Positions 49,588-59,796 of a DNA stretch of 64,000 nt are shown one piece after another (positions within the stretch are counted from its first letter, which is position 1; every line of letters starts with the position of its first letter). Where the stretch lies: assembly GCA_041690135.1 (NCBI GenBank), contig JAWLHY010000009.1, positions 1 through 64,000 on the forward strand, read 5' to 3'. The translations under genes were made by a program, and so were the position numbers. The stretch comes from Armatimonadota bacterium. Its GTDB lineage: Bacteria > Armatimonadota > SYMT01. The notes under the pieces are model-generated. The model saw only the letters and a program-made list of their open reading frames with translations, had not been told where the DNA came from and made no database searches.

Positions 49588-49826
49588 GGTCGTTGGGGAC
49601 TGGGGGTAAGTGTAGGTTGGAGAGAAGTGGGAGACGCTCGTATATATGCCTGGGAACCCGGCGTGTGCATTCCGGTCCACCGGCAAGCGGATGCCTGCTC
49701 GGGTAAACACCGGCCGCCGCTGTTGCCTTACCCGGAATGCGAGCGGAAACGTCCCCCTCCTTACGTCGGTCGCTTCATCCTGCCGGAGTAGGAACCTACC
49801 TGACGTTGTGTACGGGAGGGCATACG

Positions 49827-49872
49827 CAAGCGGTCCCGCCCTACCGTCTTCAAGGTAGGGCGGGACCGCTTG
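49827..49872. repeat. perfect 19-bp inverted repeat containing a GTAG-type REP half
   Basis: CAAGCGGTCCCGCCCTACC-gtcttcaa-GGTAGGGCGGGACCGCTTG. Confidence 0.85.
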
Positions 49873-49900
49873 GAGTAGCACCGGGCAGATCCTGGAGTGC

Positions 49901-50128
49901 TTACCGCCGGGTAGCCTGGGTGCGGGCCTTCGCGGCGGCCTCCTGCTGAGCCCGCTGCATGGCCTGGACCGCCTCCGCCGGCATGGGGGTCTGACCAGCA
50001 GGCTTCCGCATCATCTCTTCCTGCTGCTTGGTGATCCCGCCGCCGGAACTACCACCGCAGCCGGTGAGCACCAGTGCCAGGAAGCCGGCGAGGGCGATGG
50101 TGGGCAACGCGCAGAGCGTCCGTATCAT
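49901..50128 (-). CDS. small lipoprotein
   Basis: MIRTLCALPTIALAGFLALVLTGC lipobox; 75 aa; starts 11 bp after the DUF1559 stop. Confidence 0.78.
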   Translation of the reverse strand: MIRTLCALPTIALAGFLALVLTGCGGSSGGGITKQQEEMMRKPAGQTPMPAEAVQAMQRAQQEAAAKARTQATRR

Positions 50129-50139
50129 GGGAATGCCTT

Positions 50140-50964
50140 TCAGTTCCGTTCCGCGTCCCACATGTTGTCCTGTGGCCGGTTTGTTCCGTCCGGGTTCGTT
50201 TGCGACGGCACCATGGCTTTCACATGACCGTCGGCAAAGAGGAAATTGGCCTTCTCGGCGTGCATGGGAATGATGCCGCCGTTTGGGCCGGTGGGGTCGT
50301 ACTTGCTAGCGGTGGGGGCCCGGCTCCCATCCGGTAGCAGGCTCGGCCCGCCGGAACTATCCCACCAGTTGACGCCGGAAACGAAGCAGCCGGGCCCCCA
50401 CATCAGCACGTTTCCCGGATCGGAGGCGGCGGTCGGCCACACGTGCAGGCGTTCGGTGAGCATCACCGTGTCGGCGGGCCGGTTCACTGCCGACATCGGC
50501 TGGCTGAGGGTGCCCATCCACGATTGCGCCATGCCCATCACCCCCACCACGCGCCAGGCATTATTACGCCAGACCATGTAGCCGTTGGACACGTAGGACA
50601 GCCGGGGTGCCGCCCAACTGTAGGCGGCGGGTGGGTTCGGGTCGCGGTCGCTGGGGCAGCGGAACACCTGGATGTTCTTCACGTAGGGCGCCACGGTGCG
50701 GTACCAGGTGTTGTCCCACCATGATTCCTGCAGACCGGTGGGAAACACCTCGTCGTAGTCCTGCGCGTACATCAGTACGGCGGTGCCGAGCTGTTTGAGG
50801 TTGCTTTTGCAGCTTGCCGCCCGGGCCGTCTCCCGGGCCTGGGCAAATACCGGAAAGAGAATAGCCGCAAGAATGGCTATAATCGCAATAACTACAAGAA
50901 GCTCGATCAGGGTGAACCCGCGGGGGCGCCGCAGTGCGCCGGGGAGTTGCGAAGCTCGATGCAT
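50140..50964 (-). CDS. DUF1559 prepilin-type protein with H-X9-DG motif
   Basis: G|[29 protein letters not shown]; [12 protein letters not shown]. Confidence 0.93.
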   Translation of the reverse strand: MHRASQLPGALRRPRGFTLIELLVVIAIIAILAAILFPVFAQARETARAASCKSNLKQLGTAVLMYAQDYDEVFPTGLQESWWDNTWYRTVAPYVKNIQVFRCPSDRDPNPPAAYSWAAPRLSYVSNGYMVWRNNAWRVVGVMGMAQSWMGTLSQPMSAVNRPADTVMLTERLHVWPTAASDPGNVLMWGPGCFVSGVNWWDSSGGPSLLPDGSRAPTASKYDPTGPNGGIIPMHAEKANFLFADGHVKAMVPSQTNPDGTNRPQDNMWDAERN

Positions 50965-51095
50965 CTCCTTTTCCTTTCTTCTGCTTTCTTCCGGACCTCT
51001 GATTCCTTTCGATCCTCCGAAGCTAACTCACCAACCGTCGGAGAACGAGTAGCCCGAGCCCGCACGGGGCAAGCCCGAACATGTAGGTGGAAACC

Positions 51096-52112
51096 CTACG
51101 GCGGCGGCGCCGTAGTGGCCCGTATCACCAGCTCCGGGCTGGCGCGATGAGCTTGCTGTGCCACCGGTACACCATCGATCCGGTCGCCCAACAGGCGTGT
51201 TGCCCAGGCGCCGATCCGGGCCATGGGTTGCCGAATCGTCGTCAGGGGAGGGGTCACCAGCGCGGCCGCGGGTGTGTCGTCGAAGCCCACGATGGAAAGC
51301 TGTTCGGGAACGGAGATCCCCCGGTCACGGGCCGCGTCCAGGGCAGACAGGGCGAGCGCATCGTTCCCGGCGACAAGGGCGGTGGGGGGTTGGGGGAGTT
51401 GAAGCAGCCGGAGGGTGGGCTCGTAACCGGCCCCTAGATTGTAGCGAGCGGTTACCAGGAACTCGGCGGGCACCGGGAGCCCGGCCTCGGCCATGCCCCG
51501 TAGAAAGCCCTCCCGGCGCTCCCCCGCACTGGGCTGGGACTCTTCTCCCGTCAGATGGGCGATGCGCCGGTGTCCCAACTCTACCAGGTGCCGGACCGCA
51601 AGGCGCGTCCCCTCCGCGTTGTCGACGTCGACGAAGGGTAGGCCCGTTTCGGCTGCGATGGCTGCGGATACCACGATCACCGGCAGATCGAGGCCGGCGA
51701 GACCCTCGATCATGTCGTTATCGGTTGGGGGAGCGATGGCCAGGACACCGTCACACCGACCATCGCGAAGGGGTGCCGCGGAGGTGGCGGCGTCCTTCCA
51801 GCGCTGGGTGAAGAGCGTGACGTTGAAGCCGCGCTCGGCGGCGGCCGACATCACGCCTTCCAGGATGCCGGTTACATACTGGTTGGTAACGATGGCGGGC
51901 TCCACCCGCCCAAAGAGGACCCCCAGGGTGTTGACCCGGCGGTTCACCAGCGCGCGGGCCATCGCATTGGGGTGATAGTCGAGCTCTTCCATCGCCGCCA
52001 GCACGAGCCGGCGGGTCTCCTCCCGCACGGAGCGAGGCCCGTTGTTGATGACGTAGGAGACGGTGGCTACCGAAACTCCACTGGCTCGAGCAACGTCGCG
52101 AATGGTCGCCAT
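51096..52112 (-). CDS. LacI-family transcriptional regulator
   Basis: MATIRDVARASGVSVATVS HTH, YHPNAMARAL, SIVGFDD, LTTIRQP. Confidence 0.97.
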   Translation of the reverse strand: MATIRDVARASGVSVATVSYVINNGPRSVREETRRLVLAAMEELDYHPNAMARALVNRRVNTLGVLFGRVEPAIVTNQYVTGILEGVMSAAAERGFNVTLFTQRWKDAATSAAPLRDGRCDGVLAIAPPTDNDMIEGLAGLDLPVIVVSAAIAAETGLPFVDVDNAEGTRLAVRHLVELGHRRIAHLTGEESQPSAGERREGFLRGMAEAGLPVPAEFLVTARYNLGAGYEPTLRLLQLPQPPTALVAGNDALALSALDAARDRGISVPEQLSIVGFDDTPAAALVTPPLTTIRQPMARIGAWATRLLGDRIDGVPVAQQAHRASPELVIRATTAPPP

Positions 52113-52154
52113 GGCAGGAAATCCGTAACCCGCTCAAAGTTCGCGCGACTCAGG

Positions 52155-52167
52155 TGAAACGGTTAGA
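52155..52167 (-). promoter_or_regulatory. second LacI-type operator (TCTAACCGTTTCA) in the 5' leader
   Basis: Imperfect copy of the palindrome at 52221-52232. Confidence 0.55.
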
Positions 52168-52211
52168 TTGGCGGAAAACTCCATGCCGAGGGGATGGGCA
52201 TGGTTGGGATC

Positions 52212-52240
52212 ATTGTAGCGCTAACCGGTTAGATCGTCAA
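52212..52240 (-). promoter_or_regulatory. sigma70 promoter TTGACG-N17-TACAAT with palindromic operator CTAACCGGTTAG in the spacer
   Basis: -35 at 52235-52240, -10 at 52212-52217, perfect 12-bp palindrome with central CG at 52221-52232. Confidence 0.8.
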
Positions 52241-52297
52241 CGTGCCCCGGAACTGCGAAACGCACTTTCCTCTTGCGTCCGCACCCGGTCCTCGGTC

Positions 52298-53356
52298 CTA
52301 TTCCTTATCCTTATCGGCCGCAGGCCGGTCCTTATCCGCGGCGGGCTCCCGGAAGGACCGCTCCACCATATCGTTGGGGTCGGTGGAGACCGGGCCATCG
52401 CGCCACAACCAGCGCATCATTTCCGGCATCATCGCGCCGCCCATTTTCTGGCCGTGCAGGGCCAGGCCCCACGAATAGTTCACGTCGTAGCCCTTGGTGG
52501 TGAGCGCCTTCTGCATGCGGACGTTCTGGAGGAACCAGTCCCACTTCTCGTCGTACACGCCGTTGCGGATACCCCGGTTGTCATTGCGGCCGTCGCAGAG
52601 GTAGATGCGGATCGGCTTCTTTGGGCTGGCCAGGATCTTATCGGGGTACATGTGTCCGCCGCGGATATTGGTGAAGCTGCCGACGTTACTCAGCACCTTC
52701 CGGAAGTGGTCCGGTCGCTCCCAGGCCACGGTGAACGCGGCGATGGCGCCGGAGCTCGAGCCGCCGATGCCATGGTGTTCGGGGTCTTTGGAGAGGTTGT
52801 ACTCCTTATACAGTACCGGCATCAGCTCTTCCGTGATCACCCGGGCGTAACGATCGTCCAGCGAGTTATATTCCGTGGGGCGGTTCGTGGTGCGGTCGCC
52901 CCACTCGCGCGCGTTCGGCTCCGGCTGTTCCGGTGTACGGCCGGGGTTGATGAACACGCCAATCATCACGGGGATCTCGCGCCGGTAGATCAGGTTGTCC
53001 ATCACGTTCTGCGCCCGGACGTCGCCGTTCTCTTCTTTGAACGCATGCCCGTCCTGAAACACCATCAGGGCTGCCGGCACTTTCGGATCATACTGCGCCG
53101 GCACATAGACCCAATAGGTGTGCTGCGTGCCGGGATACACTTTCGAGGGGAGGGTGTAAGGCCCGCGGATCTCGCCCTTGGGCACCCCCTCCTGCGGCAG
53201 CGAGTCCGGCCCCAGCCGGTACTGAGAGTTCGGGTTCGGCCCCGGCGGGAACTGCTGCCGGTTGCCGCTTCTCCGCGGCGCCTGCACCTGGGCGACGGCC
53301 ATCCCCGCGGTCGCCGCAAGCAACAAGCTGATGATTTGGGTCGTGGTGGTTCGCAC
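52298..53356 (-). CDS. secreted alpha/beta hydrolase (enterochelin esterase-like)
   Basis: Signal peptide, [13 protein letters not shown], GxSxG (GSSSG). Confidence 0.88.
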   Translation of the reverse strand: MRTTTTQIISLLLAATAGMAVAQVQAPRRSGNRQQFPPGPNPNSQYRLGPDSLPQEGVPKGEIRGPYTLPSKVYPGTQHTYWVYVPAQYDPKVPAALMVFQDGHAFKEENGDVRAQNVMDNLIYRREIPVMIGVFINPGRTPEQPEPNAREWGDRTTNRPTEYNSLDDRYARVITEELMPVLYKEYNLSKDPEHHGIGGSSSGAIAAFTVAWERPDHFRKVLSNVGSFTNIRGGHMYPDKILASPKKPIRIYLCDGRNDNRGIRNGVYDEKWDWFLQNVRMQKALTTKGYDVNYSWGLALHGQKMGGAMMPEMMRWLWRDGPVSTDPNDMVERSFREPAADKDRPAADKDKE

Positions 53357-53498
53357 TGAAAACTCCTGATTTCAAATTCCTCATCCATGTTCGCCGCAGT
53401 CAGCTGCTGTTCCTGAACGCACAGGGGCGCGGGGTGCCGATACAATAAGGGGGCGACCTCCACCAGGTCCGCGCGTAATGCCCCGTTTGGAGTTCCCG

Positions 53499-55418
53499 AT
53501 GAACCGTGCCGTCCTTCTGCTCCCGCTCCTCGCCAGTACCGCCGTCCTCCCGGCGACAGCCCAGACCTGGCCGGCGCCGCCCCCCAGTCAGACGCTGACC
53601 GCCGAGCAATTGGCGCAGATCCAGCAGCGCCGCGAGACCCTGCTGGCCCGGGTACGGCTGCTGGCGGAACAGCGGAACGTGCACACGGCCGATGCGGCGG
53701 TGTTTCTCCACACGGCCACGATCGCGGAGAAACTGGGACTCTACACCAAGAAGGACCACGCCGCACAGGTCGCGGCGGTGGTGCGGGGCCTGGAGTTGGG
53801 CATCGAGCGGGCCGATCTGCTGGTGCGCAACGAACGCCCATGGGCGCAGAAGCCGGGCCGGAGCCTGCGCGGCTACCTGAGCAGAGTGGATGGATCGGTG
53901 CAGCCCTACGGCGTGGTGCTGCCGGCCAACTATGATCCCACCTCGAAGACGAAGCTGCGCCTGGATGTGGTGTTGCACGGCCGCGGCACGCAAGAAATCC
54001 GTTTCCTACAGGAGAACGAGCGGCCGCCCTCCGCCAACGCCCCGAAGCCCGCGGACGGCCTGGCGCCGAATTATATCGAGCTCCACTGCTTCGGACGGGG
54101 AAACAACGGCTGGCGCTGGGCGGGAGAGACCGACGTGTTCGAGGCGCTGGAGGCCGTGAAGCGGGAGTACCCGATCGACCCGGACCGCATCCTCCTCCGC
54201 GGCTTCTCGATGGGAGGTCACGGCGCCTGGCACATCGGGGTCCACCATCCGGACCTGTGGGCGGGGGTGAACCCGGGGGCGGGGTTTTCGGAGACCCGGA
54301 AGTACACACAGGTGAAGCAGGACCCGCCGGATTACCAGCTCAAAGGCTGGCACATCTACGACGCGGTCGACTACGCGCTCAACCTTTTCAACACGCCCTT
54401 TTACGGTTACGGGGGGGAACTGGATCCGCAGCTCGCCGCGGCGATGAACATGAAGGAGGCGGCCGCGAAGGAGGGGATCGAGCTCAAGGTCTTCGTCGGA
54501 CCGAAGACGGAGCACCGCGAGCATCCGGACAGCAAGCGGGAGATCATGCGTCTCCTGGCCCGGCACGAGCGACCGGAGCGACCGGAACTGGTTAAGTTCT
54601 CTACCTGGACCCTCCGGTACAACCGCTGCCACTGGGTGACCCTCGAAGGGCTGGAAGAACACTACCGGCGCGCGAATGTCGTGGCCGACGCGACCTCCCA
54701 GACGCTGAAAGTGAAGACCGATAACGTCACCGGGCTGACGCTGGATCCCCTCCCGCGCGCCGTGACCCAGGTGGAGATCGATGGCCAGGTGCTGCCGGTC
54801 AGGCCGGCCCATCCGATCCATCTGAAGCGCCAGAAGGGGAAGTGGCAGGCCGGGCAACTCGAGAAGGGTCTGCGGAAGCGTCACCGGCTCCAGGGCCCTA
54901 TCGACGATGCCTTTACGGACACCTTCTTCGTCGTGCGCGGCACCGGCTCGCCGTGGAACCCGGCGACGCAGATCTATGCGGAAAAGGCGCTCCAGCAGTT
55001 CGTGTCCGACTGGCGCTACGGGTTCCGCGGAGAACTGGCGGTATTCCCGGATACCGAGGTGAACCAGGCCCATTGGATGCGCGGCAATCTGGTGTTGTTT
55101 GGGGATCCCGGCTCGAATAAGATTCTGGCGAAGATCGCCGGAAAACTGCCGATCCGCTGGACGCGGGACGGAGTCCAGGTGGGCAAGCAGCGCTATGGTG
55201 CGGATGCGGTGCCCGCGCTGATCTTCCCGAACCCGCTCAACCGCGACCGGTACGTGGTGATCAATACCGGCCACACCTTTACCCGGAAGGATCTGGAAGG
55301 GACCAACGCCCTCCTCACGCCGAAGTGGGGCGACTGGGCGGTTCTCAAGCCCGGCAAGGAGGGTCCCGAGATAGCCGCCGCGGGCTTCTTCGACGAAGAG
55401 TGGAAGCTCAAGGACTGA
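53499..55418 (+). CDS. secreted alpha/beta hydrolase (prolyl oligopeptidase-like)
   Basis: Signal peptide, DGSVQPY, VVLHG, GFSMGG nucleophile elbow. Confidence 0.85.
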   Translation: MNRAVLLLPLLASTAVLPATAQTWPAPPPSQTLTAEQLAQIQQRRETLLARVRLLAEQRNVHTADAAVFLHTATIAEKLGLYTKKDHAAQVAAVVRGLELGIERADLLVRNERPWAQKPGRSLRGYLSRVDGSVQPYGVVLPANYDPTSKTKLRLDVVLHGRGTQEIRFLQENERPPSANAPKPADGLAPNYIELHCFGRGNNGWRWAGETDVFEALEAVKREYPIDPDRILLRGFSMGGHGAWHIGVHHPDLWAGVNPGAGFSETRKYTQVKQDPPDYQLKGWHIYDAVDYALNLFNTPFYGYGGELDPQLAAAMNMKEAAAKEGIELKVFVGPKTEHREHPDSKREIMRLLARHERPERPELVKFSTWTLRYNRCHWVTLEGLEEHYRRANVVADATSQTLKVKTDNVTGLTLDPLPRAVTQVEIDGQVLPVRPAHPIHLKRQKGKWQAGQLEKGLRKRHRLQGPIDDAFTDTFFVVRGTGSPWNPATQIYAEKALQQFVSDWRYGFRGELAVFPDTEVNQAHWMRGNLVLFGDPGSNKILAKIAGKLPIRWTRDGVQVGKQRYGADAVPALIFPNPLNRDRYVVINTGHTFTRKDLEGTNALLTPKWGDWAVLKPGKEGPEIAAAGFFDEEWKLKD

Positions 55419-55427
55419 TCTTACGGC

Positions 55428-55877
55428 ATGGGTCGCGCAATTCTGGTCGTTTCCATCATCGTTCTGTGCAGCTTCATCTTTGTGCTGCTCCAACTCTGGC
55501 AGCGGGCGCCCGCGGGGGTGGTGCCCGCGCCCGCCGGCGGCGCTCCCGTGCTGGAGATGCGGGACGATGGCTCCGTGTATGCGGTGAGCCTCCGGTTGAA
55601 GCGCCTGGAAGAGCGGCTGATGGAGGCGGAGAAGCGGGCGGTGGACCTGGAGCAATCGCTGACCTCTGCCCGCACCGAACGAGATGAGTTGAAGGGACAG
55701 GTCAACCGCCTCGAAGGAGAGGTGTCGCGTCTCCAGCGGCGGCTGGAAGAAGCGAGCCCGCAGTCGGTGTTGCCGCCCGCGAATGCGCCCACCGAAGTTA
55801 CGCCTCCCACGGAGCCGCCAGTTACCCCCACGCTTCCCGGCCCCATGCCTCCCACCACGCCCACCCCCGGCCAATAG
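55428..55877 (+). CDS. membrane-anchored coiled-coil protein with Pro/Thr-rich tail
   Basis: N-terminal TM, heptad region, PT-rich C-terminus. Confidence 0.7.
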   Translation: MGRAILVVSIIVLCSFIFVLLQLWQRAPAGVVPAPAGGAPVLEMRDDGSVYAVSLRLKRLEERLMEAEKRAVDLEQSLTSARTERDELKGQVNRLEGEVSRLQRRLEEASPQSVLPPANAPTEVTPPTEPPVTPTLPGPMPPTTPTPGQ

Positions 55878-55887
55878 AAGCTTCCCC

Positions 55888-55987
55888 ATCCCCCCTTCTC
55901 CCCTCCACCCTTGCCCCCTTCTCCCCTCCACCCTTGCCCCCTTACCCCCTTGCCCCCTGGCCCCCAGTCCCCAATCCCCGGCCCCAC
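55888..55987. repeat. C-rich 7/8-mer array with a 23-bp direct duplication, ending in STRR-like CCCCAGT-CCCCAAT
   Basis: CCCCCTTCTCCCCTCCACCCTTG at 55891-55913 and 55914-55936. Confidence 0.85.
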
Positions 55988-56090
55988 TCATGGGGAGGAT
56001 TCCCTCGCCCAAAGCGTGAACGCCAACGCGGTAGAATGCCTGCGCGGCAGTAGAGCAGGCGTTCGGCGAACCCCGAAAGGTGCAGTCCCC

Positions 56091-58433
56091 ATGCAGCGAA
56101 AGCTTCCCGTTATCGTGCTCGGCGCGAGCCTGACCCTCCTGGCCGGTTCCCTCGTTTCGGCCCAGCGCCTGCCCGTTCGCCGGCATACGGACGATCTCCG
56201 TAGCCCGGCCGTGCGGCTATTGCCGGGCCTCCGCCCCAGCGAGCACCTGCTGTTCAATGGATGGGGCCTCGCACCGGCCGGCCGCCACGAACCGGTGAGC
56301 GATATGCCGCTCAAGCTGGTGCTTTCGCCGGATGGGCAGTATCTCGCCGCCGTACACGGCGGGCACAACGGCACGGGCCTCACACTGCTGCACGCGGCCG
56401 AGAAGCGGGTGACGCAGTTCGTACCGTTGAAGCAGGCCTGGAATGGGGTGGTTTTTGCGAACGACGGGAAGCGCCTTTTCGTCGGCGGTGGCGCCTCCGG
56501 ACAAATCCATGTGTTCTCCCACCAGAACGGCCGGGTTGTGGAAGAAAAGAGCCTCGCTCCGGCGGGTTCCGGCGGGGAGGCGTTCGTGTCCGGATTGGCC
56601 GTGCACCCGAGTACCGGGAAGCTGTACGCCTGCAACGAGGCGGGGCACGAGGTGTGGGTGATCGACCCCCGCACGCTGGAGCGGGAGGCGGTGATCCCGG
56701 TCGGCGCGCATCCGCACTCCTGCGCATTCGGGGCGGATGGGCGGCATCTCTACGTCTCGAACTGGGGGAACCGCTCCGTGAGCGTGGTCGACACGGAGCG
56801 CGGGCGGCGCGTGAACGAAATCCCCGTGGGCATCCGGCCGAACGACCTGGCCGTGGCCCCGGATGGTCGCCTGTTCGTCGCCTGCGCGGGAGACAACACC
56901 GTCCACATCATCCAGACCCGAAGCAATGTGAGCGTGAAGGGGGGCCTCCCCGTCCTGCTGCGGCCGGATCACCTTGAGGAGATCCTTTCCACCTCCCTCT
57001 ATCCGGCTTCGCCCGAGGGGAGCACGCCGGTTGGGGTGGCGGTCTCCCCGGACGGGGGCGCGCTCTACGTCGCCAACGCGGATAACAACAACGTCCTGGT
57101 GGCCGACATCTCGGATCGGAGAAGGGCGCGGACGCTGGGTTTCATTCCGGTCGGGTGGTATCCCACTGCCGTGGCGGTAAGCCCCACCGGGACGCTGATC
57201 GTGGCCAACGGCAAGGGGCTGGCCTCCCGGGAGAACTACCCGGCGCGCACTCCGGACCCGGTGCGGCTGCATCGTCCGCCGGTCTTCGACGCGCCCGGAA
57301 AGCAGTTCCAGGGCAGCCTCTCGTTTATCGCACCCCCATCGACGTCCCAGTTGGCGGAATACACGGAGCAGGTCCGGCGCAACACTCCCTATACGCCCGA
57401 AACGCTCGCGAAAGCCCCGGTGAAGAGCGACAGCGTCATCCCGGATGCGGCACCGGCCGCGGGGACGACTCCCTGCCCGATCCGATACGTGCTCTATATC
57501 GTTAAGGAGAACCGCTCCTACGACCAGGTGTTCGGCGATTTCCGCAACGCGCGCGGCAAGAAGGTCGGCAATGGGGCCGCGGAGCTGGTGATGTTCGGGG
57601 AAGAGGTAACGCCCAACCATCATGCCCTCGCGCGGGACTACGTCCTCCTGGACAACCTCTACAGCAACGCCGAGGTCAGCCACGACGGCCACAGTTGGGC
57701 GTCCGGTGCCCTGGCGACGGACTACACGCAGCGCGCGTGGATGATGGCCCAGTCCGGGCGCGGCTCGCTGCCGGGGAACCCGGAGATGGCGACCCCCGCG
57801 GCCGGTTACCTCTGGGAGCAGTGCCGGCGCAGCGGCATTCCGTACCGCTTCTACGGTGAACTGGGAGCGGCGGCCCCGAGCAGCCAGCGCGGGACCTGGA
57901 TTGAAGGCCGGGACATGGACCGCGTCCAGGGCTGGATCCAGGACCTGGAAACCGCGGAGAAGACCGGCGAACTGCCGCGTCTGATGGTGATGTCGCTGCC
58001 GGAAGACCGTACCTTCGGCGCCACCCAGGGAGTGGCGACGCCGGACGCGTGTGTGGCCAGCAACGATATCGCTCTGGGCCGAATCGTGGCCGCCGCGAGC
58101 CGGAGCCGCTTCTGGAAGGAGATGGCCATCTTCGTCGTCGAGGACGACGCCCAGGGCGGTCCCGACCACGTCGACTCGCACCGCATCCCCGGCCTGGTAA
58201 TCAGCCCGTGGGCGAAGCGCGGCGTGGTGGACAGCACCCACTACACCACCGCCGGCGTCCTCCGCACCATGGAGTTGATCCTCGGCCTGCCGCCGATGAC
58301 CCAGTACGACGCTGCGGCGACCCCGCTCTTCCGCTCCTTCCGTGAGGCGAGCGCCGGCCCGAAGGTGACCCAATACGTGCCCCTTGTCCCCAAGGTGGAC
58401 GTTCATGCGGTGAACCCGGCGAATTCCCCGTAA
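56091..58433 (+). CDS. YncE/YVTN beta-propeller plus phosphoesterase (alkaline phosphatase superfamily) fusion
   Basis: Signal peptide, IPVG.P...YVSN/YVAN repeats, KENRSYD, EDDAQGGPDHVD. Confidence 0.9.
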   Translation: MQRKLPVIVLGASLTLLAGSLVSAQRLPVRRHTDDLRSPAVRLLPGLRPSEHLLFNGWGLAPAGRHEPVSDMPLKLVLSPDGQYLAAVHGGHNGTGLTLLHAAEKRVTQFVPLKQAWNGVVFANDGKRLFVGGGASGQIHVFSHQNGRVVEEKSLAPAGSGGEAFVSGLAVHPSTGKLYACNEAGHEVWVIDPRTLEREAVIPVGAHPHSCAFGADGRHLYVSNWGNRSVSVVDTERGRRVNEIPVGIRPNDLAVAPDGRLFVACAGDNTVHIIQTRSNVSVKGGLPVLLRPDHLEEILSTSLYPASPEGSTPVGVAVSPDGGALYVANADNNNVLVADISDRRRARTLGFIPVGWYPTAVAVSPTGTLIVANGKGLASRENYPARTPDPVRLHRPPVFDAPGKQFQGSLSFIAPPSTSQLAEYTEQVRRNTPYTPETLAKAPVKSDSVIPDAAPAAGTTPCPIRYVLYIVKENRSYDQVFGDFRNARGKKVGNGAAELVMFGEEVTPNHHALARDYVLLDNLYSNAEVSHDGHSWASGALATDYTQRAWMMAQSGRGSLPGNPEMATPAAGYLWEQCRRSGIPYRFYGELGAAAPSSQRGTWIEGRDMDRVQGWIQDLETAEKTGELPRLMVMSLPEDRTFGATQGVATPDACVASNDIALGRIVAAASRSRFWKEMAIFVVEDDAQGGPDHVDSHRIPGLVISPWAKRGVVDSTHYTTAGVLRTMELILGLPPMTQYDAAATPLFRSFREASAGPKVTQYVPLVPKVDVHAVNPANSP

Positions 58434-58581
58434 GTCCTGGGCCGGGGCTTCCCGGTAGGATGAAGGTGAGAATGGGGGAATTGAAGGATGTGCGATGGCC
58501 GATTTGTAACGGCAGCCGTTGCCCCAAACCCCCAGTTGCCCGTACCCGCGATGCTGCAGCGGGTGCAAGGAGGGCGGACGC

Positions 58582-59790
58582 ATGAACAGACGACAGTTCT
58601 GTGGTAAGTCCGGGTGGATGCTTTCCGCGGCGGCACTGCCTTCCGCAATAGCGGTCCCCGGGGCGAGTGCTGCCGAAGCGCCAGTCACGCTGGAAGCGGA
58701 CGGTCTTTCGCTCGTCGATCTGGCCCGGGAGTTGACGCGCCAGTCCGGAGTCACGCACCGCGCTACAGGGAAGGAAGCGAGCCAGCAGCGAGTTGTCATC
58801 TTCTGCCGGGATCAGTCCGCTGCAAGTGTGCGGCAGGCGGTCGAGTCACTACTGGGGTGGACCTGGAGTGAGTCGGCGGGTGCGGGAGCCAAGACTCTTA
58901 CGCTCGTGAAGGGCCTGAACCAACGCAAGCGCGAGGCGGCCTTGCGCGCGCAGTTCCATGCGGACTACCAGGGTCTGTTTCGCGAACTTATCGAGCGCGC
59001 GAACGAAGGGGATCAAGAGAGGCCGAGGGATATTCTGTCGAACATGCTGGTGGCCCCGAGTTCCAAGGCGTTGATAGGCGGCCTGAGCTCCTTCGCCGCG
59101 CCGCACTTGCAGGTCCTTTTCCACGGTCGGGGGTTTGCCGGGCCTCTCCGAAGCAACGCGCCCGAAATGCGAGGGTTACTGGACGGAGTTCTAGCCGCTT
59201 ACGAGCAGGGGAAACCTGAACGCACCGTCGTGGACGCAGCAGATCACGTGCGTCTTGAACTGGCTCGCGACGCGACCGGCCGGCCGGACAGCCTGCAGCT
59301 CTCCACCTATCGAAACGGGCAGTTGCAACTCCAGTTCAATGCCGGGCACGTGGTGCAGGCGCAGGTCCTGGGTCGCAAACCTGGCGTGGAGCCGCGCCCT
59401 TTGCGATCTCCTCAACTCCTGCGCGACCGCCGGTTCCAGGTGCCGTTACCGGCGCAACCGCCTCTCGAGTGGCCGAAGCCGCCCGCGAAGGAGCCCACGC
59501 AGATCGGCTGGCAAGTGCGGGCACTCAGCCGGCACACCCCGCTTCCGTTGATCGCCGACTGCTACCCAGAGATGGAGGTGGTGACCATTCCTTTCAACCA
59601 GATTCGCCCCCCGTCTCCCGCTCCGCGCCTGAGTGGCGTAAGCTTGAGGAAGGCCCTGGATCGGATCGAGGAAGACTACTTCTACGATTGGGAGTTTCGC
59701 GGCGATTGGGTGATGCTCCGGTACCGCCAGTGGTACTGGGAACCGCTGCGCCAGGCGAACGGCAAGCCCGCGTCCGGTGCCAAGAGGTAA
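58582..59790 (+). CDS. hypothetical exported protein with twin-arginine signal
   Basis: MNRRQF signal; AGGAGG RBS; 402 aa. Confidence 0.75.
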   Translation: MNRRQFCGKSGWMLSAAALPSAIAVPGASAAEAPVTLEADGLSLVDLARELTRQSGVTHRATGKEASQQRVVIFCRDQSAASVRQAVESLLGWTWSESAGAGAKTLTLVKGLNQRKREAALRAQFHADYQGLFRELIERANEGDQERPRDILSNMLVAPSSKALIGGLSSFAAPHLQVLFHGRGFAGPLRSNAPEMRGLLDGVLAAYEQGKPERTVVDAADHVRLELARDATGRPDSLQLSTYRNGQLQLQFNAGHVVQAQVLGRKPGVEPRPLRSPQLLRDRRFQVPLPAQPPLEWPKPPAKEPTQIGWQVRALSRHTPLPLIADCYPEMEVVTIPFNQIRPPSPAPRLSGVSLRKALDRIEEDYFYDWEFRGDWVMLRYRQWYWEPLRQANGKPASGAKR

Positions 59791-59796
59791 AGGACG

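Noticed and set aside
54006-58799. 726-aa and 860-aa minus-strand ORFs
   Set aside because: Antisense shadows of the hydrolase and YncE-phosphoesterase genes
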